In this document: positions 9,065-17,367 of the stretch, piece by piece
How the letters are laid out: each line of letters starts with the position of its first letter
Numbering within the stretch: position 1 is the first letter of the stretch
Assembly (NCBI GenBank): GCA_039921525.1
Contig: JBDSBP010000575.1
Coordinates: 4,712-68,711 of the forward strand
DNA: 64,000 nt
Source of the DNA: Chitinophagaceae bacterium
GTDB taxonomy: Bacteria > Bacteroidota > Bacteroidia > Chitinophagales > Chitinophagaceae
Direction of reading: 5' to 3'
Made by a program: the position numbers and the translations under genes
Notes under the pieces: generated by a model
Seen by the model: only the letters and a program-made list of their open reading frames with translations
Told to the model about the DNA's origin: nothing
The model's database searches: none

Positions 9065-10045
9065 TTAAAAGAAGCCAGCCTTAAGCTTCAGTCCCTCTGT
9101 TTCCTGACGTCGGAACATCAGGTTCATATTCTGAACTGCCTGCCCGGAGGCTCCTTTTAATAAATTATCCATGGCAGAATGCACCACCAGTTTATTACCT
9201 GCTTTTTCTACCTGGATGATACACTTATTTGTATTAACTACTTGTTTCAAAAATATAGGATCCTTACTCACGATAGTGAACGGGTGATCTTTATAATACT
9301 CTTCAAATAATACCATGAGCTCTTCTTTGCCCAGGTCACAATCCAACTGTGAACTTATAAAAATACCCCGCGTAAAATCACCTCTCCATGGAACGAAATT
9401 GATTTGTATATCGGTACCTGGTTGTAAATGCAACAATGATTCTCCTATTTCGTGAAGATGCTGATGGGTCAGCGTTTTATAAGCCTGGATATTATTAGAC
9501 CTCCATGAAAAATGAGAGGTAGCGCTAAGGCTTTGTCCGGCACCGGTGGAACCCGTGATGCCGGTGGTATACACTTCTTTTAGTAAACCAGCTTTAGCAA
9601 TTGGCAACAAACCCAATTGTATGGAAGTTGCAAAACAACCCGGGTTTGCAATATTATGAGCCGATATTATCTGCTCCTTATTTAATTCAGGCAGCCCGTA
9701 AATAAAATGGCGGTTCTTACATGCAGCGTCCTGGTGTAAACGAAAATCCTGGGAAAGATCGATGATTTTTGTACGTTCATTAATAGTATTCGCTTCAAGG
9801 AATTTTTTAGCATCCCCATGCCCTACACATAAGAATAAAACATCCACATCATCCTGGAGATCCGATACAAATTGCAGCTCTGTATCACCTAACAAATCCT
9901 GGTGAACGAAAGAAATGGGTTTGCCTGCATTGCTGCTACTGAGAACAAAGCTGATAGTAACATCAGGATGGTTTAATAATATCCTTATCAATTCGCCCCC
10001 GGTATATCCGGCGCCGCCAACTATGCCTGCTTTTATTATACTCAT
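9065..10045 (-). CDS. argC: N-acetyl-gamma-glutamyl-phosphate reductase
   Basis: GAGYTGGELIRIL Rossmann motif and the catalytic NPGCFATS motif. Confidence 0.92.
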   Translation of the reverse strand: MSIIKAGIVGGAGYTGGELIRILLNHPDVTISFVLSSSNAGKPISFVHQDLLGDTELQFVSDLQDDVDVLFLCVGHGDAKKFLEANTINERTKIIDLSQDFRLHQDAACKNRHFIYGLPELNKEQIISAHNIANPGCFATSIQLGLLPIAKAGLLKEVYTTGITGSTGAGQSLSATSHFSWRSNNIQAYKTLTHQHLHEIGESLLHLQPGTDIQINFVPWRGDFTRGIFISSQLDCDLGKEELMVLFEEYYKDHPFTIVSKDPIFLKQVVNTNKCIIQVEKAGNKLVVHSAMDNLLKGASGQAVQNMNLMFRRQETEGLKLKAGFF

Positions 10046-10188
10046 TGCAAATAATTCTTTGTACGGAACCCCTGGAAGCTAGTCAATCATTGAAGTCAAA
10101 AATTGAATGTAAATATTTACAGGTTCTCCCGCGGCTATCAAAAATTGTAATATGTGGCTTTCATTGGCAGCATTAATATTATAAGTGC

Positions 10189-11391
10189 TTATTCATTACT
10201 TGCCTTCACCTGGTGGTAGATCATTGTCTGGTTGCCAAATATTTTGGTGAATCCTCGCACATCCTCACCACTCCATCCATTATTCATTTCACCGTATTTG
10301 CCAAACTTACTGTTCATAAGGTCGAAGCTGGATTCTATTCCAATTATTTGGAAATGGTAAGGAAATAATTTAACGAATACATCCCCTGTAACATTCTGTT
10401 GGGAATTGGTAAGAAAGGCTTCTATATCTCTCATTACAGGATCCATAATCTGGCCTTCATGTAACCAGTTGCCGTAAAACAGGGCCAGCTGATCTTTCCA
10501 ATTCAATTGCCATTTTGTTAAAACATGTTTTTCTAATGCATGATGCGCTTTCAGGATCACCATGGGTGCCGCTGCTTCAAACCCTACACGTCCCTTAATG
10601 CCAATGATGGTATCGCCTACGTGAATGTCTCTTCCTATTCCAAAAGCACCTGCTATGGACTGCAAAGCCCGAATGGCTTCTACAGGATGTTTATAGGTTT
10701 GATCGTTGATGGCTTTTAATTCCCCCTTATCAAATGCCAGCTTTACTTCTTCCGGTATCGTCTTCGTTACCTGCGTAGGCCATGCTTCTTCAGGCAGCAT
10801 TCCTTTGGAGCTCAATGTTTCTTTACCTCCTACGCTTGTTCCCCACAATCCTTTATTAATGGAATACATCGATTTCTCAAAATTCATTTGCACTCCCTTC
10901 GAGGTTAAGTAAGCGATCTCTTCTTCCCGGCTCAACTTCTTATCACGGATAGGAGTAATGATTTCCACCCCGGGTATAAGGATATTAAAGATCATGTCGA
11001 AACGAACCTGGTCATTACCTGCGCCGGTACTGCCATGTGCCACAGCATCAGCATTCAGCTTCTTCACGTGCTCTGCTATAAACAATGCCTGGCTTAACCG
11101 CTCTGCACTAACACTTAACGGATAGGTATTATTTTTTAGTACATTTCCGTAGATAAGGTATTTGATGATCTTTTCGTAATAGCTTTCTACCGCATCCACC
11201 GTAGTATGGGTAGTAACTCCTAATTTATACGCGTGTTGTTCCGTATTTTTTAATTCTTCTTCACTAAAGCCCCCTGTGTTCACTATTACCGAATGCACTT
11301 CATAGCCCATTTCATCGGTCAGGTATTTAACGCAATAAGAAGTATCCAATCCTCCGCTAAACCCAACAACAACCTTTTTTGCTTTCACCAT
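10189..11391 (-). CDS. argG: argininosuccinate synthase
   Basis: FSGGLDTS ATP-pyrophosphatase motif, 400 aa. Confidence 0.93.
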   Translation of the reverse strand: MVKAKKVVVGFSGGLDTSYCVKYLTDEMGYEVHSVIVNTGGFSEEELKNTEQHAYKLGVTTHTTVDAVESYYEKIIKYLIYGNVLKNNTYPLSVSAERLSQALFIAEHVKKLNADAVAHGSTGAGNDQVRFDMIFNILIPGVEIITPIRDKKLSREEEIAYLTSKGVQMNFEKSMYSINKGLWGTSVGGKETLSSKGMLPEEAWPTQVTKTIPEEVKLAFDKGELKAINDQTYKHPVEAIRALQSIAGAFGIGRDIHVGDTIIGIKGRVGFEAAAPMVILKAHHALEKHVLTKWQLNWKDQLALFYGNWLHEGQIMDPVMRDIEAFLTNSQQNVTGDVFVKLFPYHFQIIGIESSFDLMNSKFGKYGEMNNGWSGEDVRGFTKIFGNQTMIYHQVKASNE

Positions 11392-11420
11392 AATGTAAAG
11401 GATTATTTGTATGCCCGGTA

Positions 11421-12125
11421 TTAAAAATTAAAAAAGTAATGTAAGACAGATTTCGGCCGACTCGCTCCTTTCGTCTGCTTCTTTAGAAAAAAACGTAGCA
11501 ACCTGCTTTGTTTAATTTTCATGAACCTTTCATATATCTTGGAATTTTCTTTGAATTCCTGTGCAGTTTCCACGGGTTCATAATGATCAGCAGGGTCGTA
11601 TAACATAGCAGTGCACATACAATTCTTCCTCTCCTTGCTCACGAGAATGTCGTAGTTCACACAACTCTTACAACCGGCCCAAAATTCATCATCGTCTGTA
11701 AGTTCAGAGTAAGTAACGGGCTCATAGCCCAGATCAGAATTTATTTTCATTACGGCGAGACCTGTGGTCAATCCGAAAATTTTTGCGTCTGGATATCTCT
11801 CTCGGGAGAGATCAAATATTCTTCTTTTAATCAGCTTGGCAATACCGCTTTTGCGATGGGCGGGAGAAACCACCAGTCCGCTGTTCGCCACAAACTGATC
11901 ATGTCCCCAGGCTTCTATATAACAAAATCCTACCCATTCTCCATCCCTGGTAACTGCTATTACTGCTTTCCCTTCCTCCATTTTCTGTTCCAGGTAAGCA
12001 GGCGATCGCTTAGCTATTCCAGTACCTCTTGCTTTTGCGGAAGATTCCATTTCGCTAGTGATGGTGACAGAATAATGTTTATCGTTGGATGATGCCACCC
12101 TAACAATAATGTTTTGATGTTCCAA
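11421..12125 (-). CDS. GNAT family acyltransferase, first gene of the arg operon (ArgA-like role)
   Basis: GNAT core (VVSPAHRKSGIAKLI) plus a Cys-rich C-terminal extension. It occupies the position a GNAT gene takes in Bacteroidota arg operons. The track start is a TTG codon, so the exact start is uncertain. Confidence 0.7.
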   Translation of the reverse strand: MEHQNIIVRVASSNDKHYSVTITSEMESSAKARGTGIAKRSPAYLEQKMEEGKAVIAVTRDGEWVGFCYIEAWGHDQFVANSGLVVSPAHRKSGIAKLIKRRIFDLSRERYPDAKIFGLTTGLAVMKINSDLGYEPVTYSELTDDDEFWAGCKSCVNYDILVSKERKNCMCTAMLYDPADHYEPVETAQEFKENSKIYERFMKIKQSRLLRFFLKKQTKGASRPKSVLHYFFNF

Positions 12126-12384
12126 TTTCTTAAAATTGAATAGATGAATAAAGAAGAAAGAAAGATAGGTGATCTTAAAAATTCAGGGGATTTTTTCACT
12201 GATAGGGGCAAGTTCTATTGCTCGTCCTATCAGCAACCACGTCGCGCTCGGGGGAGATTGGTACAGAAACCCTCACTATAAAACAAAATTCTTTCAGGGC
12301 CTGCCTGTAAGAATGTCGTATATGTTGACTTGTTTTCCAATTTTTTATCTTAAGTGTTTAATTGCTTAAACGTTTACCAATCTG

Positions 12385-12392
12385 CAAAAGTA
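12385..12392 (-). promoter_or_regulatory. candidate -7 box (TAnnTTTG on the minus strand) for the arg operon
   Basis: Plus-strand CAAAAGTA equals TACTTTTG on the minus strand. It lies about 260 nt upstream of the GNAT start, which would imply a long leader. Confidence 0.3.
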
Positions 12393-12444
12393 TATATTTT
12401 TATAATTATATTCCGGTAAAATATTTAATGCTATGTTAAGTTTG

Positions 12445-12602
12445 GGCTATCAGCCCTCTGCTATCAGCTTTCAGCTTCTACCACTTACGTATTATCTGCC
12501 TTTAATTAAATGTTTTCTTTCTGATTCACCAACCAAAATTCTTTTAACATAAATTTCAACGGTAGACGATAGCCGATAGCTGACAGCCGATAGCCGATAG
12601 CT
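12445..12602. repeat. inverted pair of heptamer arrays (GATAGCY family) flanking a core of about 88 bp (element B)
   Basis: Left arm is GGCTATC AGCCCTC TGCTATC AGCTTTC AGCTTCT (12445-12479). Right arm is GATAGCC GATAGCT GACAGCC GATAGCC GATAGCT (12568-12602) and overlaps the GH3 stop codon. Confidence 0.9.
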
Positions 12603-14097
12603 ACTTCTCCACAAACCTCATCAAATCATCTGCCACTACTCTATCATTACTCAATCGAGGAACTTTGTTCTGTCCTCCAAGCTTTCCAACGCTTTTCATG
12701 TAATCTATAAACCCACTTTTCCGCACCATCCTTATTTGAAGGGGTTGTAAAATATTACCGCCCACCAAATCGTCATAGTAAATATTTTTTTCACGAAGGT
12801 TGTTATCAACCTTTAACGCAAAGGCCCGTGCGTCAAGAGGTAATGTTTCAAATTCAACAAACCATTCATGGTAGCTCTTTTCATTATCCTGTGAAATCAT
12901 GGGTGCCACAGTAAATTCGGTTATCCGTAAACCCTCCTCCTGGGCCGCTTTCATAAGGCTATATTCAACTTCTTCTCCAATAACATGTTCCCCAAAGGCG
13001 GAAATAAAATGTTTGATCCGTCCTGTTACCATCAAACGGTAAGGATTAATGGAAATAAACTTCACCGTATCACCTACATTATATGCCCACAATCCCGCAT
13101 TGCTATTAATGATCAACGCATAATTCACACCTGGCTTTACATCCTTCAGCGAAAGCCGCGAAGGGTTGTCGTTAAAAATTTCAGCAGCAGGAACGAATTC
13201 AAAAAAGATTCCGCTATTGCTGTTCAACAACAGCCCTTCCCCATTTTGGGAATCCTGGAAAGCAAAGAAGCCTTCTGATGCCGGGTATGTTTCAATAGTA
13301 GCAACCCGTTTTCCAATGCTTTCGAACAGTTTTGCTTTATAGGGTTCAAAATTTACACCACCATGAACCAGTACGGAAAAATTAGGGAACAAGTCAATGA
13401 TTTTTTTCCCACTAACTTTCATTAAACGGTCAAAATACATTTGCACCCAGGGCGGAATGCCACTGATAAGGGTCATATCTTTATTAAGGGTCTCTTCCAC
13501 TATCTTATCCAGCTTGGTTTCCCAGTCATCAATGCAATTGGTTTCATAGCTGGGCATTTGATTGGTACGAAGGTATTTTGGTATGTGGTGATTAACAATG
13601 CCACTTAACCTTCCTGTTGGTATGCCCCCTACCCTTTCCAATTCTGGGGAGCCCGACAAAAAGATCATCTTACCATCGGCAAATTTATTGTTGCCGCTTT
13701 CAGCCATATAACATAATAAGGCATTGCGCGCGGTGTTAAGATGATTGGAAATAGAATCTTTGGTAATGGGAATATATTTTATTCCGCTTGTAGTGCCTGA
13801 AGTCTTTGCAAAATAAATAGGTTGGCCCTTCCAAAGTACATTATGCTTGCCTTCCTTTATCAGATTGATATAGGGTTTAAAACTCTCGTAGTCACGGATC
13901 TTTACAGCAGACTTATATTCATCATACGTTTTTACATCCTTATAATGATGGTCATTACCAAACGAGGTTTGAGACCCAACTTTCAGTAGCTCTTTAAATG
14001 TGGTTTCCTGATCTTCCACGGCAGTTAACATTCCCTTCCGAACCTGTTTGTAGATATACGAAGCGAAAGGCTTCGCAAAAAGTGATTTAAATTTCAT
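12601..14097 (-). CDS. GH3 auxin-responsive-promoter family protein (acyl-adenylate-forming fold)
   Basis: 498 aa. TSGTTSG-KYIP motif near residue 100, and overall resemblance to the bacterial GH3 family common in Bacteroidota. Confidence 0.85.
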   Translation of the reverse strand: MKFKSLFAKPFASYIYKQVRKGMLTAVEDQETTFKELLKVGSQTSFGNDHHYKDVKTYDEYKSAVKIRDYESFKPYINLIKEGKHNVLWKGQPIYFAKTSGTTSGIKYIPITKDSISNHLNTARNALLCYMAESGNNKFADGKMIFLSGSPELERVGGIPTGRLSGIVNHHIPKYLRTNQMPSYETNCIDDWETKLDKIVEETLNKDMTLISGIPPWVQMYFDRLMKVSGKKIIDLFPNFSVLVHGGVNFEPYKAKLFESIGKRVATIETYPASEGFFAFQDSQNGEGLLLNSNSGIFFEFVPAAEIFNDNPSRLSLKDVKPGVNYALIINSNAGLWAYNVGDTVKFISINPYRLMVTGRIKHFISAFGEHVIGEEVEYSLMKAAQEEGLRITEFTVAPMISQDNEKSYHEWFVEFETLPLDARAFALKVDNNLREKNIYYDDLVGGNILQPLQIRMVRKSGFIDYMKSVGKLGGQNKVPRLSNDRVVADDLMRFVEK

Positions 14098-14384
14098 AAT
14101 AATCTATATACCATCAAAAGAAACAACAAACCTACATTAAAATGACGAATGAAAATTTACCAAAAAGGTAAGGGGATGAGGTACGGTTATACGCAAATAC
14201 TTTTCATTTTTTAGACTATAACTACCAGAAAGCATCCTCTAATTCCAGCATAACAATCTTTTAAACCAGCAATTACAAATACCATTCTCCTTGTTTTATG
14301 CCCCTTTCTTCTCAAATCGGGCATTTATGCGTTCAAATAATTCATTAATTTTTAAAAATTCTATGAATTAGGGTTAAATATCCC

Positions 14385-14392
14385 TACCTTTG
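14385..14392 (+). promoter_or_regulatory. candidate Bacteroidota -7 box (TAnnTTTG) for rplU-rpmA
   Basis: TACCTTTG lies 22 nt upstream of the rplU ATG. No clear -33 element was seen. Confidence 0.4.
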
Positions 14393-14413
14393 CCGTCCTA
14401 ATTTTCAGAAGTT

Positions 14414-14716
14414 ATGTTAGCAATTGTTAAAATCTCGGGAAAGCAATTCAGGGTTCAAAAAGACCAGAAATTATATATTCCCAAAGTTGAAGGTAATGCC
14501 GGTGACCTGTTAGAATTCCCCGATGTGTTACTTTTTCAAAACGAAAGTAATCTTTCAACAGCTGCCGATGTAAAGGCTGTTGTTAAAGCAGAAATCCTTA
14601 ACCATGTTCAGGGTGATAAAGTAATCGCCTTTAAAATGAAAAGAAGAAAAGGTTTTCGTAAGAAGCATGGACATAGAACGCACTATACTCAAATCAGGAT
14701 AAATGATATTGCGTAG
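14414..14716 (+). CDS. rplU: 50S ribosomal protein L21
   Basis: MLAIVKISGKQFRVQKDQKLYIP N-terminus is typical of L21. Confidence 0.94.
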   Translation: MLAIVKISGKQFRVQKDQKLYIPKVEGNAGDLLEFPDVLLFQNESNLSTAADVKAVVKAEILNHVQGDKVIAFKMKRRKGFRKKHGHRTHYTQIRINDIA

Positions 14717-14773
14717 TTTCTATAGTTTCTGTTTTAATAACATTTAGTACTCAGAATTTTTAAAAGTTTTAAT

Positions 14774-15040
14774 ATGGCTCACAAAAAAGGGGAAGGTAGT
14801 GTTAAGAATGGTCGTGACTCGCAAAGCAAACGACTTGGTGTAAAAATCTTTGGTGGTCAGGCTGCCATCGCAGGTAACATTATCATCCGTCAACGCGGAA
14901 CAGTTTATCATCCCGGTAAAAATGTTGGTGTAGGAAAAGACTTCACATTATTTGCTTTAACTGATGGTGTGGTGGAATTCAAAAAAACGAAAGCAGACAA
15001 AACGCTCGTCTCCGTAAATGATGCAGCTGCCGCTACATAG
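14774..15040 (+). CDS. rpmA: 50S ribosomal protein L27
   Basis: [24 protein letters not shown] is typical of L27. Confidence 0.95.
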   Translation: MAHKKGEGSVKNGRDSQSKRLGVKIFGGQAAIAGNIIIRQRGTVYHPGKNVGVGKDFTLFALTDGVVEFKKTKADKTLVSVNDAAAAT

Positions 15041-15139
15041 AAAAAAAAAGAGAGACAAAAAAATTTTTTTTGATAGTTACGTATTAGTTTTTACTTTTAC
15101 TACGTTAAATTCTTTTACTAACTATTAAATTCTAAAAAA

Positions 15140-15277
15140 ATGGCCACTGCAAAAAAAGCTGCTCCTAAAAAAGCCGCACCGAAGAAAGCTGCTGCGAAAG
15201 CTGCTCCTAAAAAAGCCGCCGCTAAAAAAGCTGCTCCTAAAAAAGCTGCTAAGAAAGCCGCTCCTAAAAAGAAATAA
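15140..15277 (+). CDS. 45-aa Lys/Ala/Pro-repeat protein (histone H1-like)
   Basis: Hand-translated; too short for the ORF track. Sequence is MATAKKAAPKKAAPKKAAAKAAPKKAAAKKAAPKKAAKKAAPKKK*. A strong hairpin with a T-run follows directly. Confidence 0.6.
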   Translation: MATAKKAAPKKAAPKKAAAKAAPKKAAAKKAAPKKAAKKAAPKKK

Positions 15278-15303
15278 AATTTCTTTAAGAACAGAAAATA
15301 ATA

Positions 15304-15334
15304 AGTCCCGGTTTATCCCGGGACTTTTTCTTTT
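15304..15334 (+). terminator. rho-independent terminator after the H1-like ORF
   Basis: AGTCCCGG (15304-15311) pairs perfectly with CCGGGACT (15318-15325). The loop is TTTATC and TTTTTCTTTT follows. Confidence 0.65.
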
Positions 15335-15357
15335 GTAGCCATAGTGGCTCTGCCACT

Positions 15358-15550
15358 GGCTTTCAGCTATCAGCTATCAGCTATCAGCTGTAAATTGTTG
15401 GCTGTATTAAATTGTTATTCAGATATCAACTACCAGGCTTGAAGCATAATATCCTACTATCATTCTTCCCGATTTTTTTCACTGACACCGAAGGTATTGC
15501 CCTGCACTGATAGCTAAAAGCTGATAGCTGATAGCTGAAGGCTGAAAGCT
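15358..15550. repeat. inverted pair of heptamer arrays (GATAGCY family) flanking a core of about 115 bp (element C)
   Basis: Left arm is GGCTTTC AGCTATC x3 AGCTG (15358-15390). Right arm is GATAGCT AAAAGCT GATAGCT GATAGCT GAAGGCT GAAAGCT (15509-15550). Confidence 0.9.
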
Positions 15551-15560
15551 GAATTATACT

Positions 15561-15568
15561 TACTTTTG
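15561..15568 (+). promoter_or_regulatory. candidate -7 box (TAnnTTTG) for the PolX gene
   Basis: TACTTTTG lies 34 nt upstream of the ATG at 15602. Confidence 0.4.
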
Positions 15569-15601
15569 AAGCATCATCTCCACCAATAAACACTTACGTT
15601 A

Positions 15602-17272
15602 ATGGACAATTATTTTATTGCCGATCAATTTTCTTTGCTTTCTAAAGTGTTGGATATCCACGGTGAAAATTCTTTTAAGTCAAAATCATACTCTATCGCG
15701 TCTTTTAATATTGAGAAATTACCGGTTCAACTTTCTGAAATTGAAAGAGAAAAAATCTTCTCTTATAAAGGTATCGGCGATACTATCGGCAAAAAGATTA
15801 TTGAAATTTTGGATACCGGTGAGTTGACACAGCTAAAAGAACTTATTTTTAAAACACCCCCCGGAGTGATGGAGATGTTGGTAATAAAAGGTATCGGTCC
15901 CAAAAAAATTTCCACCATATGGAAGGAAATGGAGGTTGAATCGTTGGGTGAATTGTTGTATGCCTGCAATGAAAACCGCTTGCTCTTATATAAAGGCTTC
16001 GGCGAAAAAACGCAGAAGAATGTGCAGGATGCTATTGAATTTTATATGAAGAGCCGGGGTAGTTATTTATATGCAGAAGCAGAAAAATCAGCACTGGAGA
16101 TCGACAACAAATTGAAAGAATCTTTTCCCCAATACCTGTCTGAATTAACCGGTGAATTCAAAAGACAATTGGAAATAATTACTATCCTGGAATGGGTCAC
16201 CACCATTCCCACAGCAACGCTTAGAGATTTTTTTGAGCCACTGGCATACAGTACGGAAATTGAGGAAGGCGATACGATCATATTCAAAGGCGCAGAAGGT
16301 ATAAAACTCAGGTTTAAAACAACCGAGGAGTTATCGTTCTTTACCACCCTGGTGGAAACCAGTTGCAGCGGTGATTTCCTGGAATTCATCCAACAAAATA
16401 AACTATCCGTTGAGCATGGAAAGATTACCTCAGAAGAAGAGGTGTTCAAAACATGGAATCAACCTTATGTTCCGGCCTTTATGCGGGAAAACCCGTCGAT
16501 TTTACAACACATGCCCATTCCCTCTGTTATTCAGTCTGGAGATATCAAAAGTATTATTCACTGCCATAGCACCTGGAGCGATGGTAATAGCAGTATTGAA
16601 GAATTGGCTAAAGCTTGCATTGCATCTAAAATGGAATACCTGGTTATGAGTGATCATAGCAAAAGTGCTTTTTATGCCAACGGTTTGCAGGAAGATCGTA
16701 TAAGGGAACAACAAAAATACATTGATGAATTAAATGCAACCCTAACACCCTTTAAAATTTTCAAAAGTATCGAATGCGATATTCTCAACGACGGGTCCCT
16801 TGATTACCCAGATAATATTCTGTCGACGTTTGACCTTGTGATAGCTTCCGTTCATTCCAATTTAAAAATGACAGAGGAAAAAGCAATGACCCGTTTACTC
16901 CGGGCTATTGAAAACCCGTACACCACCATCCTGGGACATATGACCGGCAGGCTCCTGTTAAGCAGAAACGGTTATCCGGTTAATCATAAAACAATCATTG
17001 AAGCTTGTGCGGCCAACAAGGTAGTGATAGAATTGAATGCCCATCCACGCAGGCTTGATATGGATTGGCGCTGGATTGATTATGCTATTGAAAAAGGAGT
17101 ATTAATCTCTATAGATCCGGACGCCCACTACATACATGGATTTGGTGATGTAAAGTATGGCGTACTATCGGCCCAGAAGGCCGGGTTAACAAAGGAAAAT
17201 AACCTGAGCAGTTTTAGCCTGGAAGCATTTGAAAATTACCTGGCCAGCATTCGAAAAGCAAAGGCTATTTAG
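15602..17272 (+). CDS. PolX-family protein with C-terminal PHP phosphoesterase domain
   Basis: N-terminal helix-hairpin-helix repeats (KGIGDTIGKKI, KGIGPKKI, KGFGEKT). C-terminal PHP motifs (HCHSTWSDG, SDHS, ASVHS, LGH, NAHP, DPDAH). Confidence 0.85.
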   Translation: MDNYFIADQFSLLSKVLDIHGENSFKSKSYSIASFNIEKLPVQLSEIEREKIFSYKGIGDTIGKKIIEILDTGELTQLKELIFKTPPGVMEMLVIKGIGPKKISTIWKEMEVESLGELLYACNENRLLLYKGFGEKTQKNVQDAIEFYMKSRGSYLYAEAEKSALEIDNKLKESFPQYLSELTGEFKRQLEIITILEWVTTIPTATLRDFFEPLAYSTEIEEGDTIIFKGAEGIKLRFKTTEELSFFTTLVETSCSGDFLEFIQQNKLSVEHGKITSEEEVFKTWNQPYVPAFMRENPSILQHMPIPSVIQSGDIKSIIHCHSTWSDGNSSIEELAKACIASKMEYLVMSDHSKSAFYANGLQEDRIREQQKYIDELNATLTPFKIFKSIECDILNDGSLDYPDNILSTFDLVIASVHSNLKMTEEKAMTRLLRAIENPYTTILGHMTGRLLLSRNGYPVNHKTIIEACAANKVVIELNAHPRRLDMDWRWIDYAIEKGVLISIDPDAHYIHGFGDVKYGVLSAQKAGLTKENNLSSFSLEAFENYLASIRKAKAI

Positions 17273-17367
17273 TATAACGGTGATGCACAATCTAAAATGT
17301 AAAGCCGCTGGTGGCGGGTAATTGCCGGGATATTACTGCTAATAAAGTGCGGCACACGCAATTTCTG

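Noticed and set aside
12126-12200. Possible ArgR operators (ARG boxes) upstream of the arg operon
   Set aside because: On the minus strand TGAATTTTTAAGATCA and TATTCATCTATTCAAT each contain one TGAAT/ATTCA-like half-site. Neither forms the full palindrome. That is too weak to call without a genome-specific motif model.
12014-12369. Small track ORFs (65 and 66 aa) in the arg-operon upstream region
   Set aside because: One overlaps the GNAT gene start in another frame. The other lies in the leader, with no coding-like composition. No support as leader peptides, for example no Arg-codon run.
16063-16449. 128-aa minus-strand ORF. Similar shadow ORFs lie at 35004-35393, 41342-41788, 57901-58299, 39252-39590 and 43065-43385.
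   Set aside because: Each lies entirely within, and antisense to, a longer ORF with recognisable domains.
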